From NCBI GenBank assembly GCA_000165425.1, contig CT868385.1, positions 372,001 to 436,000 on the forward strand: 64,000 nucleotides of DNA. The letters run 5' to 3'. How positions within the stretch are numbered: position 1 is the first letter of the stretch; every line of letters begins with the position of its first letter. Source of the stretch: Paramecium tetraurelia. Its lineage: Eukaryota. Of this stretch, positions 38,601 through 51,251 are shown one piece after another. The notes beneath the pieces were generated by a model. That model was not told where the DNA came from and searched no databases. It worked only from the letters and a program-made list of their open reading frames with translations. The translations under genes and the position numbers were made by a program.

Positions 38601-41600
38601 AATTTAAAACTTAAGTGTGATCATCCAGGTCTAAGCAAGGTGTTTTGTCTTACATAAAGTGTGGGTGGCTGTTATTTCAACAATAGAACTTGCGATTACT
38701 TGGATTTCAATGATTTATCAATTGCATGTGAATTAAGAAATAGACAAGGATGCTTGATGGGAGGGTAGAAATGCTAATGGTCTAATAACAAATGTTCTGT
38801 AGTCTATGATCCTGATTTGTCATGTCCAACTATCTATGATGTTTAATTTTCTTGGATGAATTGTGGAACTTCTCAGAATATCCAATGTTGGGCATATGTG
38901 GATTAGTGTACAAATTAAGATATCGTTGATTTGCCTTGTGAAGCTGGTCTCTCATAAGGTACTTGCCAATCTTTGGATCATTATTGTGTTTGGTCAAACA
39001 GTCGTTGTTAGGGGTATAATCCAAAGATTCACTCTTGCCAAAATGCTGTCTCCTTGTATGATTGCGTGTAAAATTACAACAAGGATGAGTACTGTGCTTA
39101 TGTGGATAAAATATGTTTTAACGTGAATCCCCAAGAGAATACTTGTGATCAATTTAATTAAGTGTCACTGGCATATTGCCAAGAGTTTCCAAATTGTATA
39201 TATGATACAGTGAATTCAAAATGTATCAATGTACGAGTAAGTGAATTTTATGAATCTAAATAATTGGACTCAAGAAACAACTAGGGAGTAAGTTGCTCAG
39301 ATTTAGATAAAATGCATTGTTTATTTTAAAAATCAGCAAATTGTTAAATTAGTTATAATTCTTGTGGTGATATCTATTGGTCAAATTTTGAAACGTGTCC
39401 AAATTATGAATTTTATGATTAATATGACGGTTTACTTTCTGACTACGCATGCAAACAATTTTCAGATTGTGAATTTTTTGGATCCAAAGATGGTTAGGTT
39501 GGTCTTTGCTACAAAAAGGATGAACCCATAACATGTTCACAATTAAATTAGTCATTTTGTGTAGTCGAATTTGCGACTTTGGAGTGCATGTGGAATCTAG
39601 ATGATAACGTATGTTAGGATGTACCAGAAGATATAAATTGTGATTCTATTTTTAAGATGAATGTTTCAAATTCCTCGTGTAGAAAGGCCAATTTAAATAG
39701 TGCAGATAAAAGTTGCTATTTCAACAGCAACGAAAGCTTGTGTAAGCCAATGTACATAAAAACAAATCTATCATGTCAAGACGTAGAAATCAATTATGCA
39801 GATGATTAGATCTCTAAACATGTACATTGTGCATTTACTAATTCTAATTGCTATATTATTCACATTGCAGAAGATTTCAAATGCTAAAGTACTGCAGATC
39901 AGACGAATGTGAGTGTGAAGAACATAAAGTTGTGCATTTCTCAAGTTGATAACACTTACATGTTTAATCTGTAAAAATACACATGCGATGTAATTACAAC
40001 TGACACTGAACTGCTTAATTGTCATTTTCTCAATCAGAATGCTTGCATAAAGTTAACGAATAAATATAGCTCATTCAAATGTGTTTGGGATGACTCTGAA
40101 TGTCGAGACATAGTGAAATCAGATTATGATACCATTGAATGTAAGTATCGTAACCTTAATACATGTTTTATGAGCAACACAATATAATGCATTTACAAGG
40201 ATGATCTATGTTAAAACTATGCTCATGTGGATAGTATTTGTACTTACTCAGAGACAACCTTAGTATCACCTATGGTTTGTTAATCGAATGGTTGTCTATC
40301 TGATGGAAAACACTGCTTCTCAATTACAGTTGAGCCTGATTCGTATTACAGATGCAAATTTATGGGTTTGACCTAAGATCAATGTATCAATAAAACATCA
40401 TACACTAAATGTTATTGGAATGCAGACTTGGAATATTGTGATGATGCTAATCTAAGTACTCTTAAATGCGATGATGTTGTCAGTTAATAGACTTGTACAT
40501 CCATCAAGACTCCAGGCTAATATTGCAAATGGACCGATCTAGGCTGTGTCAATTTGGAAATTGAGTTGGATTGCAGAGAGTATGATAATCAATTTAATGG
40601 GTGTATCTAATAAGAAACTAAAAGTTGCTATTATGATTTTAGATATAATCAATGCAGAGATGCTGCTTAAGTGTATGAGGCATGTTACGAAGGTTTAAGC
40701 AAGAAGGCATGCAAAGAAATTGCGAATGAAGTGTGCGTCATGGATCAGGGACAATGTTCAAGGATGACTTCCACTTTTTACACCTGCAGAGCCATCTATA
40801 ATAAGTTTGGTTGCTATTACATTGATTTGAGTTGCATCTGGGACGACGAGTTGGGTTGTCAACCATTCACTGACAAATTGCCATGTAATGAGTTACCCAA
40901 GGGATCAAATAGATACACTTGTAAATATAATGCTGTACCCATAAGTGGTGTTGAAGATTGCGAATAGTGCAATTGTTCATTCGATGATGCCACTCTCTCT
41001 TGCACTTATAGATTGTCTGGATTGTCCGTTTAAAACTTTGAACAAGTCGATCAATCCAATTATAATCAGATTAGATTAACACAATTGTGTGTGGATATGA
41101 AGGATTATCATGATTGTATTGGAAATCTCATTGATTCTTGCAAATGGGTGAATGGATTATGTATCAACTCAGATTTTAAGGGTTGCGAGTCGTAGAGTAT
41201 CAAGGCTTGTTTAGCCATAGAGAATGAGTTGTGTTCATGGAGAGATTATTCTTGTTACCCTTGGAATAAAAATAAATTTGAAATAGCCTTGGTTACTAAG
41301 AATGTATGTAAGCAATTGGATTAATCTTTGAATGCTAAATATGATGAAAACACTTAATCATGTATTCCTACTAAGTTTGAGGTGGATGATTGTAACATTG
41401 TAAGTGTATCTAAAATCACTTGTCTTTCTATTCGCAATCATCCTTGCATTTATTAAGATGAACTCTGTAAGTTCTATTCCTCTAACTAACAACTTCCAAA
41501 ATGTACAAACTACTAAAACATCAATTATTTAATCTGTTAATCCTTATCTCATATTGCCTGCAAATTTAATGCTGAGGCCTTCTAATGTGTCAATATTGAT

Positions 41601-43166
41601 AGCAAAACAGATGGATGCTCAACAGTAGGATTGTCTCAAAAAGGTTGTGCATCCATTCAAACTGAAGCATGTTATTGGGATGGCTTTTCTTGTTAAAAGT
41701 TTTAACCTATCAATAATATCAATTAATGTGATTCCAAGACTATAATGAATAGTCTGGCTTGCAGTTAGGTTGCTTACTTAGATCGTCCTTGTTCATTCGA
41801 TTCCTTGAAACAAGTGTGCACCAGCAAATTCAACAGACAAAGTAAGTGTGACACTCCAGGATTGAATAAGAGTGCTTGTTTATAGTTAGAAAATGAAGCA
41901 TGCTAATATGTAAACAATAGATGCTAGAAGTTTGTGAATGGAAATTATAAATGTTATCAACTCACTTAGGTTAATAGTAAAGTATGTCAAATCTTAGAAA
42001 CTGACACCTGTGCATATGATATCACAACCAACTCGTGTTATTCAATACTAAACTTTCTGTCTTGTAGTTCACTTGGTGTCAATGTAAATTCTTGTTCGAT
42101 TCTGAGTAATTGTTCATGGAACAACGATGATAAGAAATGTCAATGCAACCAAATCGAAGTCAAAGATGTGTGTTACTCCAAAAACAAAGATACTTGCATC
42201 CAAAATTCTAGTAATTGTCATTACTCTGCAGGACAATGCTATAAGAAGAAATGTTCAGACCTTCAAATTGGGGAGTGTCAGGGCATTGTTAATAAGGAGA
42301 CGTGTTACATCAACTAAGACTATCAATGTCAAGGGGCTACTCAATGTGAAGACATCGTTTATCTATCCCAATCGTAAAATTGCAATCAATTCAATTTCAA
42401 TGGTAGTGTGTGCATTACTATCAACAACTATTGTATCAGTGCCACAAATCTAGATGAATTGTGCATCAACAGTGATTGTTCCATCAATTCTTGTATCTTG
42501 GATCAAGGCATCTGCCGACCATTGAGTTGTCAAGACTTCAGTGAAGATGACTGTTTCCAAAATGAAGGGTGTGCTATGATTGATGGTTTGTGTGTAGAAG
42601 TTGAGAGTTGCAATCAAATCTCTGACCCTGCAATTTGTAGGATGGTGATAGTTGACAACAAACAATGCAGTTGGGAAGAGTATAGAATCTTGGATGAAAG
42701 CAAAATATGTACGAACTCTTAATGCGAATTGTATGGACCTGCTTATACGATATGCAATGGAAATGAAATCAACGGTAAAACGTGTGTGTTGGTCGATTTG
42801 ATCAAATGTAAAATGTGTGAGGAAATCACAGATGTGTGCATTTGCAATAATTCTAACAATGCATGTACCTTTGTTAATGGCAAATGCCAATCTATTTCTT
42901 GTGCTTCTTTTGATAACGAACAATTGTGCTCAGATTCTAAACGATGTTATTGGAGTCAACAAGACAAGGTCTGCAGAAAGATGTGCGTTCAAAATATCAG
43001 GTAAGATTAATGCGAAGCCTTAATTTATGAATGTCATTGGAATCCCTACATGAAACTGTGTGAACAAGGTGTTGAAATCATCCCTGATATTAGTATAGAC
43101 ATTGATATCGACGAGCAATTTGGACAATTAATATTATTGAATCTGATTATTATTTTATCCATTTGA
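35616..43166 (+). CDS. Giant cysteine-rich, probably GPI-anchored surface protein (~2,490 aa), surface-antigen-like
   Basis: Signal peptide MMMKIFAFALLFSSVSC; dozens of C-x-W/Y/F-x4-6-C and GLxxxxC repeats; hydrophobic C-terminus FGQLILLNLIIILSI with no cytosolic tail. Three tiny introns (23, 27, 22 nt) give an intact frame. Confidence 0.88.
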
Positions 43167-43223
43167 TAAAATATGTATAAACAATGTAATTGTATTATTT
43201 TTATTATGCCATACAAATTTAAA

Positions 43224-44197
43224 TCATATTTCAATATCCTCTGTGAATGACTCTGTGCATGATCCACTAACATCGAAATAACTAGTATGATCTTATGAAG
43301 AATCTCCTATGATTGAATTTGCACAGGTGGGATCCTCGTCAGTTCCACTTGAACAAATCTATTCATAATTATACTCCAATTGTTACCTTGTATGACTTGT
43401 TATCGTGAGTGTACCAAACTTCTTAAGGTGGGTGTTTGTATGAGAATGAGGAAGGTGGTTGATGAATTACCATATCTCTATAGTGAGTCACTCTCCAGTG
43501 CTCTGTTGCAGCAACGTAACTGGTGAACCAAACAGCAAATTCGTGTGTTCCAATTCTAGGAGCTCCATAAGTGAAGAAATAATCAATTTTGTATCCTAAT
43601 TTTTTTAAATCCACAGCAGCCAAATAAGCCACTGCTCCTCCCAAAGAATGTCCAGTAACTAACATTTTTGAAGATGGGTATTTGACTTTCAAGGCTTTTG
43701 CAGCAGCCAACACCTCTGCTGATACGTCATCATAAGTTTCCCAGAATCCCAAATGGACTTTGCAATTCTTGCAATCTCCGAAATCGTGTTTGAAGAACTT
43801 GATGTTATTGTACCAATTGATAAAGTCTTGGGTGCCTAAAATAATATTTTATTTATTTTTTTCATACTTCGATACACTACCACTACCAAGTTCTCCTTTT
43901 TGTTGTATCCCACGTACGCTTGGGCATGGTGATCGGCCTTGTAGAATGCCTTCACTTCAACCATGTCTGGATGATGTTAGCAAAATGAACCACAATTCCA
44001 ATTTGTAATGGTCTAAATGTAATTTCTAATAATGTTACCTTCAAACTGCATTTGGCCACTTGGGTGTAGTAGAAGAAGCTCTCGGATTGGGAATGCTGAT
44101 AATTCTATTGCAAACCCATTAGTTTCTCGATTCTGTCCTCCACATTTCCATTGACAGCTGTCAATAAAAGACAAAGTGCTATTATTGAATACGTCAT
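43224..44197 (-). CDS. Secreted class-3 (fungal-type) triacylglycerol lipase
   Basis: Signal peptide; VHLGFW; nucleophile elbow VTGHSLGGAVA; TYGAPRIG; RVTHYRDMVIHQPP; DHTSYF. Confidence 0.93.
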
Positions 44198-44325
44198 TTG
44201 TTTAATGATTATATTAATTGTTTATAATATTTCCGAGGTCCTCAAAAATCATTCTAATCATATATATATATTGGTCATTCTCAATATAAGATTTATAATT
44301 GACAAGTTGATGATAATAATAATTT

Positions 44326-45407
44326 ATGGGCAATTAATGTAAAGGAGTCGGCGAAGAGAGAACTGTAAAATCCAACAATGGTCTCGCTCAAAATATCCCA
44401 TCCAAAAAACCTAGATTATAAGATTTCAAGAAACTCAAAAAGCTGGGCTAAGGAGCCTACGGATCTGTCTTCTTGGTCGAACATAAAAATGAATTTTACG
44501 CCATGAAGGAAATTGCCAAGTCCAGAATTCAAAAGAAAAGCACCAAACAACATATAGATTCTGAAAGGCAAATACTTCAATGCACTAAAAGTAAATACCT
44601 TGTAGAACTCAAATATGCATTTCAAGATGACAGAAATCTCTACATGGTCGTCAATTATGTCAAAGGAGGAGAACTGTTCTTTCACATCAGAGAAGCAGGT
44701 AGTTTTACCCTAGAAATCTGCAAATTTTATTCAGCCCAAATACTTATGGCCTTGCTAGAATTGCACAACTAGAACATCATCTACAGAGATTTAAAACCAG
44801 AAAATATCCTCCTGGATGAATAAGGACATGTAGTATTAACCGATTTCGGGCTAAGCAAACATTTATGCGATGATGAATTAACCAAAAGCATGTGTGGAAC
44901 TCCAGAATACTTGGCACCTGAAATCATTACTTCCAATAATGGATACTCTTTCGAAGTCGACTACTACAGCTTAGTATTATAAATAATATCAGTAGGGATG
45001 CATTATCTATGAAATGCTGAATGGTAAAACTCCATTCTACTCCACTAATAAAAGACAAATGTTTCAGGACAGATTGACTAGAAAAGTAACTTGGCCTGAT
45101 TCTATTGATGAAACAGCCATCTCCCTAGTAAATGGGTTATTAGAAATTGATGTACTATATTTTAGTAATAAAATAGCCTTTAAAGCGATTATAAGGAGAT
45201 GAAATAAAAAAGCATAAATTCTTCGAAGATATTAATTTTGATGAACTTAGGAATGTTAAACCTCCATACAATTTCAACTAATCATCTGCATCTAAGTTCT
45301 TCGAACAATTCAATAGCACTAACAAAACAACATGTTACACAACCGTATAACCAATGATTTAAGAATAACAATTTTAATTCTAAGAGTTTTCTTTTCCACA
45401 AGAATGA
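44326..45407 (+). CDS. AGC-family Ser/Thr protein kinase with N-myristoylation signal
   Basis: MGNQC start; LGQGAYGSV, YAMKE, YRDLKPEN, DFGLSK, CGTPEYLAPE; C-terminal hydrophobic motif FQEFSF. Confidence 0.95.
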
Positions 45408-46140
45408 TAGAAAATATTATTCAAAATTATACAATATTTTTAATATCATATCTAATTAATTGTTGTTGTCTCCAAATAACAAAAACTTTGAAGATCTAAA
45501 ATTAGAATTTGGAATTGTAAATATTTATATAAATTTACGTTTCTATTTTGAAGTAAACTAATAATATATTTATATATGTAGCACAGACTAAAGTGCATTC
45601 AAGAATTCCAGAGTTCCAGAATTCCATCTAAATCTAAAATTAGTAATATTATATTAATTATTAATTATTGGTTGCAAGTTTTTCTATACATTTTACACTT
45701 TTAGACTTCGATTTGAATTAACAAATAAAGATAAAAGTCTGTTTCAGCCATTATAATTATGACTATTAAAACCTATGAAAAATCTTTAGACCTAAACATG
45801 TTTGAAAAAATTACATAATTGAAATGAGGAGACTCCTAATTATCTTTGTTTAAAGTAGTTTATTGTTGAGACATAATTTTTTATTTATTAGCCTTAATAT
45901 ATCAAGATATTAAATATTTTTATATTAGTATCTTGAATAAAGTAGAATTTCTAAAATCATATTCTTTTGAACTATTCCACAATTTTTATTTCTCATAGAT
46001 AAACAAAAGTTATCTTTCTCTAAAGTAGTCATCAGAATTTTAATAATATCAATAAATCTGTAACATTAATTGATTATTGATAATATAATTAATTTAAGAA
46101 AAAGTCTTTATTTAAAGGTTTATTTAAAAAGTATTTATAG

Positions 46141-48656
46141 ATGGGTTCAGGTTAAAGTAAAACCAAGAAGAAAGCTGCCTAACTAAAACAACCGAAAATA
46201 CAAAGTATTGTTTTTTAGACATTTTTTAGATGAGGAATTAAAAAGGTAACCCCAATATGAAGATGATGTGATTGATGCTGCTAATTTGGCTATAGCTATT
46301 TAAAAAGAGGATCTTACTACAAATATAGAATTATTCGTTCATTGTGAAGGTTTGCCTAAGATGGATGCATTCTCATTAACAGATCCTGTTGTGGTTGCAT
46401 ATTACGAAAAGGAGTATGTTATATTATTAATAATTCTAGTGATAAATGGGTTTACATAGACAGAACAGAGATAATTCCAGAATCTTTAAATCCTAAATTT
46501 GTTAAGACTTTTATAGTTAACTATATATTTGAGAGAAAACAAAAGTTAAGATTTGAAATTTATGACATTGATGATTTCGAAGCCATAGACAATTTAGAAA
46601 GATAAGAATTTATAGGTTTTGTAGAGTGTGAAATAAGAGACATTGTTTGTGCTCCAACTTAATCAATCTCAAGAACCATTATTAATAGAAAGTCAAATAG
46701 AAAAAGAAATGGACTACTGCATATCAGAGGAGCAGAATATGATATGGGTGGTAATACAATTCTCTTCTAAATTGGATGTTAGTAGTTTACAACTAAGGCT
46801 GAAGTACTCTTAAGAATGTCGTACTTCACTGACAATAAGGATTGGATGCCAATTCATGCAACAGAGCCAATTAAATATTAAAAAAAACAAACTGTACAAT
46901 TTAATGATTTTTATCTTCCACTCAGTAAGTTTGGAAATAATGAATAAGCTCAAATCAAATTGGAAGTTGAAGAATACAATAAAACAAAAGGTACTACTTA
47001 ATTGGGAGAATGTGAAACTACACTACAACAGTTAATGGAAAACTCAGGTAAAACCCTCAGAATGACTAAAAATGGATTAATAGTTGGATAATTAAAATTG
47101 ATATAAGTGAAGTAACATAGTAGATACAGTTTTTTGAATTACATTTATTCAGGGGCAAAGATTTAAGTAATTGTTGCTTTGGATTTCACAAATTCTAATC
47201 AAATTTCAAATGAAGAGGAAGGATAACCAGAATTATCAACGTCCAATGATTACATCAGTGCATTAAAGCAAATTTTAGGAATTCTACAATATTACAATAA
47301 TGAAAATAGGTATCCAGTGTATGGTTTTGGAGCTAAATTACCTCCCTATTATAATGTTGTCAGTCATTGTTTTGCTTGCACAGGAAATATATTTGATCCT
47401 TATGTGTATGGAGAAGTTGATGAAATCATCAATTTATATAAAGAAATCTTGCAAGGAGTTGTGTTGCATGGACCAACAGTGTTTTCCTAAATTATCTCCT
47501 AAGCAATAGAGTTTGCAGCAAACGAAAAAGTAGATTAAAATAAGTATTTATTATAAAATATCTTTTTAAGTTAAAAATATTACATTCTTTTGATTTTGAC
47601 GGATGGATCTATCAATGACATGCAATCCACAATAGAATAAATATATAGAGCATAAGAATATCCATTATCAATTATTATAGTTGGAATAGGCAAGGAAGAT
47701 TTTAATAATATGAGAATTTTGGATGGGGATGATCCCTAACATAAAGTAAATAATACATAATAGCATAGTTACGTTCAAAAATTCATAATGATGACATCAA
47801 AAGGGATTTGGTTCAATTTGTTGAATTTAATTCTGTCAGAGATAACTAAGATAAATTGGCTAAGGAGACTTTGGCAGAAATTCCAAGATAATTTCTGGAA
47901 TATATGGAAAAGAATAAAATATATCCAGCTAAAGGGAAAAAAAATACCAAGGCTGCAACCAATGATTTTATCCATTCTAAAATTGACGAAATGAAGAAAT
48001 TAAAAAAGAAAGAAGGTGTTATTAGTGGAAAAATTCCTTAATTTTTAAACTAATAAAAGGAGGAATTTATTAAACAATTAGTTTAATTAGGATATGATCG
48101 ATTAGCAGTTACAAATGTAATTAATAATGATGGAGTTCCTTGCAAAGATGTCAATTTAGTAATTGAAATTTTAAGTTAAAAATAAAAGTAAATGCAAATG
48201 TAATAGCCAAGAGATGGCCATTTCTTGAGTAAAAGGAGTGAGATGGCTTAAAAGTTATTAGCTAATGTATCCTCATCAGACTCTAAAATTACACATAGAG
48301 TTTTTTGCATCAGATAAAGAAATAAAATTGATGAACTTATGTAATTAAAAAAACAAGAATCAAAAATTACAGCAACTAACTTTCTATTTAAATTAACCGA
48401 ACAAACCAAACCAAAACCCAAGCCTATTGTGGAATAGAAAAAATAAATAATTGAATCTTAAAATAACTATGAAACTACAAAAATAGGGTAAACTAAAGAA
48501 AATCTATGCCTAAATTGTGACTAAAATAAAATAGAACTAGTTTTTATACCTTGTGGCCATGCCTGTTCATGCTTACAATGTTATAAGAATCTATAGTATT
48601 GCATCAGTTGTAAATAGAAAGTGCAAATGTTTGCTTAGATTGACTATAAATCATGA
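46141..48656 (+). CDS. Copine (C2A-C2B-vWA) with C-terminal UBA-like and RING domains
   Basis: MGSGQS start; C2A (LPKMDAFSLTDP..LNPKF..LRFEIYDID); vWA (ALDFTNSN, PVYGFGAK, LHGPTVF, ILLILTDG, PLSIIIVGIG, RDLVQFV); RING CLNC..VFIPCGHACSCLQC..CISC. Confidence 0.9.
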
Positions 48657-49462
48657 TATATAATATAAAAATAAAATTACTTTAATTTTCAGAGTGATAT
48701 TTCGAACTTATTAGAACAATTTAAATTTTTTTATTGAAAGCTCAACCCTTTTTGTTGTTTAAAATAGCATTATATTAAGTTTTAATCTTTGAGAATAATA
48801 TTTAAAACTATCTAAGTAATTTATGATTAAAGAAATTAATTCTTTTTGTTAATTTAAATATTAAAATCTAAAATAAGTGATTTAAATAGGAATATTTTAA
48901 TTTATGTAAAAAATAACACCACCATATTTTATTTCAACTGGAATTTGATTACTGATTTAATTCTTATGACCTACAATTCTATGTAATTATAAAATTAAAA
49001 ATAACTTTTCATCAAAAAAAAACCTACTTGATGTGTTTAAATGAAAACACATAATAGTTCAAATTTACTTGAAATTTAGCTAGTTTTATATCAAACTTAA
49101 GAGAATGTAAATTTTCAGAGCAAAATCATTTAATTCAATTGTAATAAATATTTAAATATCAGAGACATTATAATATTTATATATAATTATTTCAATTTTT
49201 GTGATTAATATACACATCTTGAATTAGAATATGATATGTAGGATGAATTATTCTGAATTTCTTAGTTCCCTTTGTAGGAGAAATATCTTCGTTATAAATA
49301 TATATTCGCAAAGTTCATAACTAACTAGCTTCCAATGTATCTTATTTAAAATTTAATAACGACATAATACATTTAGAAATATTCTCACTTTTCTTGATTA
49401 GATAAAGAGATAAGAAAAATTATAAAAAATTTATGTGTTCTAAATGTTTTGATTATAATGAT

Positions 49463-49618
49463 TCATTCTTTTTTTTTTCCACCATGATATTCGGTGCATA
49501 CTCTTTGCTAGCCAGTCTGAACATGGGTCACCTATCCATTAGATATCTTTGCTGTCCACATTTTTTCTACAGTACAGGTCTTATTTCCTTAATTTGAGTT
49601 ATTTGAGTTATTATTCAT
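49463..49618 (-). CDS. Candidate 51-aa microprotein
   Basis: MNNNSNNSNQGNKTCTVEKMWTAKISNGQVTHVQTGQQRVCTEYHGGKKKE-TGA. A visibly GC-richer island in AT-rich DNA, with an A-rich context before the ATG. Confidence 0.4.
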
Positions 49619-49899
49619 TATTTTATTATTACATTTAACTTAGTGAGCCAGAGCGTTTAAATAGCAAAAAAATATTCTATATAGTATATATTGGAAAACA
49701 GCTTTGAAAAAGGAAAAAATTCTATTAAAAGAACCTTTGATGATTATGTTAAATGCTGATATCTCTTGAATAGGTGGAAAAGTCTCAGCTGAAACTATAG
49801 AAAGGAAACATTTAAATTTATAAAACTAGTATTTTTATGCTCATAATTATTTTATAAAATTCAAAAATATTTTTTATTTTAAGAAATTGAATCAAAATC

Positions 49900-50760
49900 A
49901 ATATATAGTTTACAAATAAGGGATACTCATTAATTGAAGAACATCATTACAATAAACCTATAGGTAATAAACCCTCAAGTAAAAATTATACACTTATGAT
50001 TACAAGAGAAATTGGGTATTTGTTATATCATCAAATAGTATAAATTAAATACGTGATTGTTACAAATTTTATTATTTATTAAGTTGATAATTTAATTCAA
50101 CGATAACAAAAGAACAAAGGAAATTCAATTAGTGAAATTCTTCCAAAGCTCAAATTAACAAGAATGAAAAAGTTACAAATTTTTAGGACTAATTCTATTT
50201 TTGGATCAAGTATTTTTAATTAATCAAATAGAATAGAATTTAGAAAAATTGAGTAAAAAGGATTGGTCAATAATGATATTGCTATTAAATTTTAGGAAAT
50301 TAGAGAATTTTCAAGAACTTTTGAAACAACTAAAAAAATAGTACCTTAAGAGGTAGATTAGATGATGAAGGATAAGGATGATAATGCTATACTCTTTAGG
50401 TTTGATTAGGATTAGACATATAAATTGTAAGGATAATTCAAATCCTGATGATCAGAATTTTAAATAGTAAATAGTAAATAGATTATATAATTTTAAGAAT
50501 GGATATGAAGGAAAGAATTATCAAACGATTACAAAGTATTTGAATTTCAAAGGAATGAAGAGTTGCTTAATTAATTAAACAATTGATTTTAGCTTGATTG
50601 AATGAAAAAATTCCAATCTCCGTAGGCAATTTTTGAAAAAAAATGATACCTACTATGAAAGAAAATCATTTTGTAAAGCTGATATTCAGAATACTAATCT
50701 TCTATCTCAAATCTTTAGTCAAGATGATTGAATATACAATAAATTATAAATCTAGATGAA
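49900..50760 (+). pseudogene. Possible decayed gene remnant
   Basis: Protein-like stretches (EIREFSRTFETTKKIVPQEVDQMMKDKDDNAILFRFDQDQTYKL) and an intron-like element, broken by several TGAs that tiny introns do not remove. Confidence 0.3.
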
Positions 50761-51251
50761 TCTATTCATAATATATGCCTGAACAAATTTTTATACTTGA
50801 AACTGACTCATCTTATCAAAGATTTCAACTTATATTGAAAGTTCACATAATTTATCAATAGACTGTTTTTAAACATAATCATCGAAAGTTGTGGTGTGTA
50901 CTTTCATGTATAATCAATCATATGATAGTTATTTAAATAGTCCTCATAAAAATTCAGTTTTTCAAAAAATAATCTTTGAGTTTTCAAAGAATTAAAGGAA
51001 TAAAAAAATACAGATAGATTTAAACTTATATGTATTACCAACTCTCAGGGTGTTATTAATGATATTAAATATATGGTGATAGATATCTCTATCAGTTGCT
51101 TAATGTTTTCTGAAATTCATGGCAATCTTAGATGCTTAGACAATTTTTAGATTCTCTTTATTAATTTTCAGCAAAATTTATCTAATAGATGTAATAGAAA
51201 GAAATAAATTTTATTTAAAATTAACTTGTTTTAAATATTCTTTTATATGTA

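Noticed and set aside
42127..43023. Overlapping ORFs on both strands (108, 157 and 68 aa)
   Set aside because: Shadows of the GC-richer Cys-rich surface protein CDS; no independent motifs.
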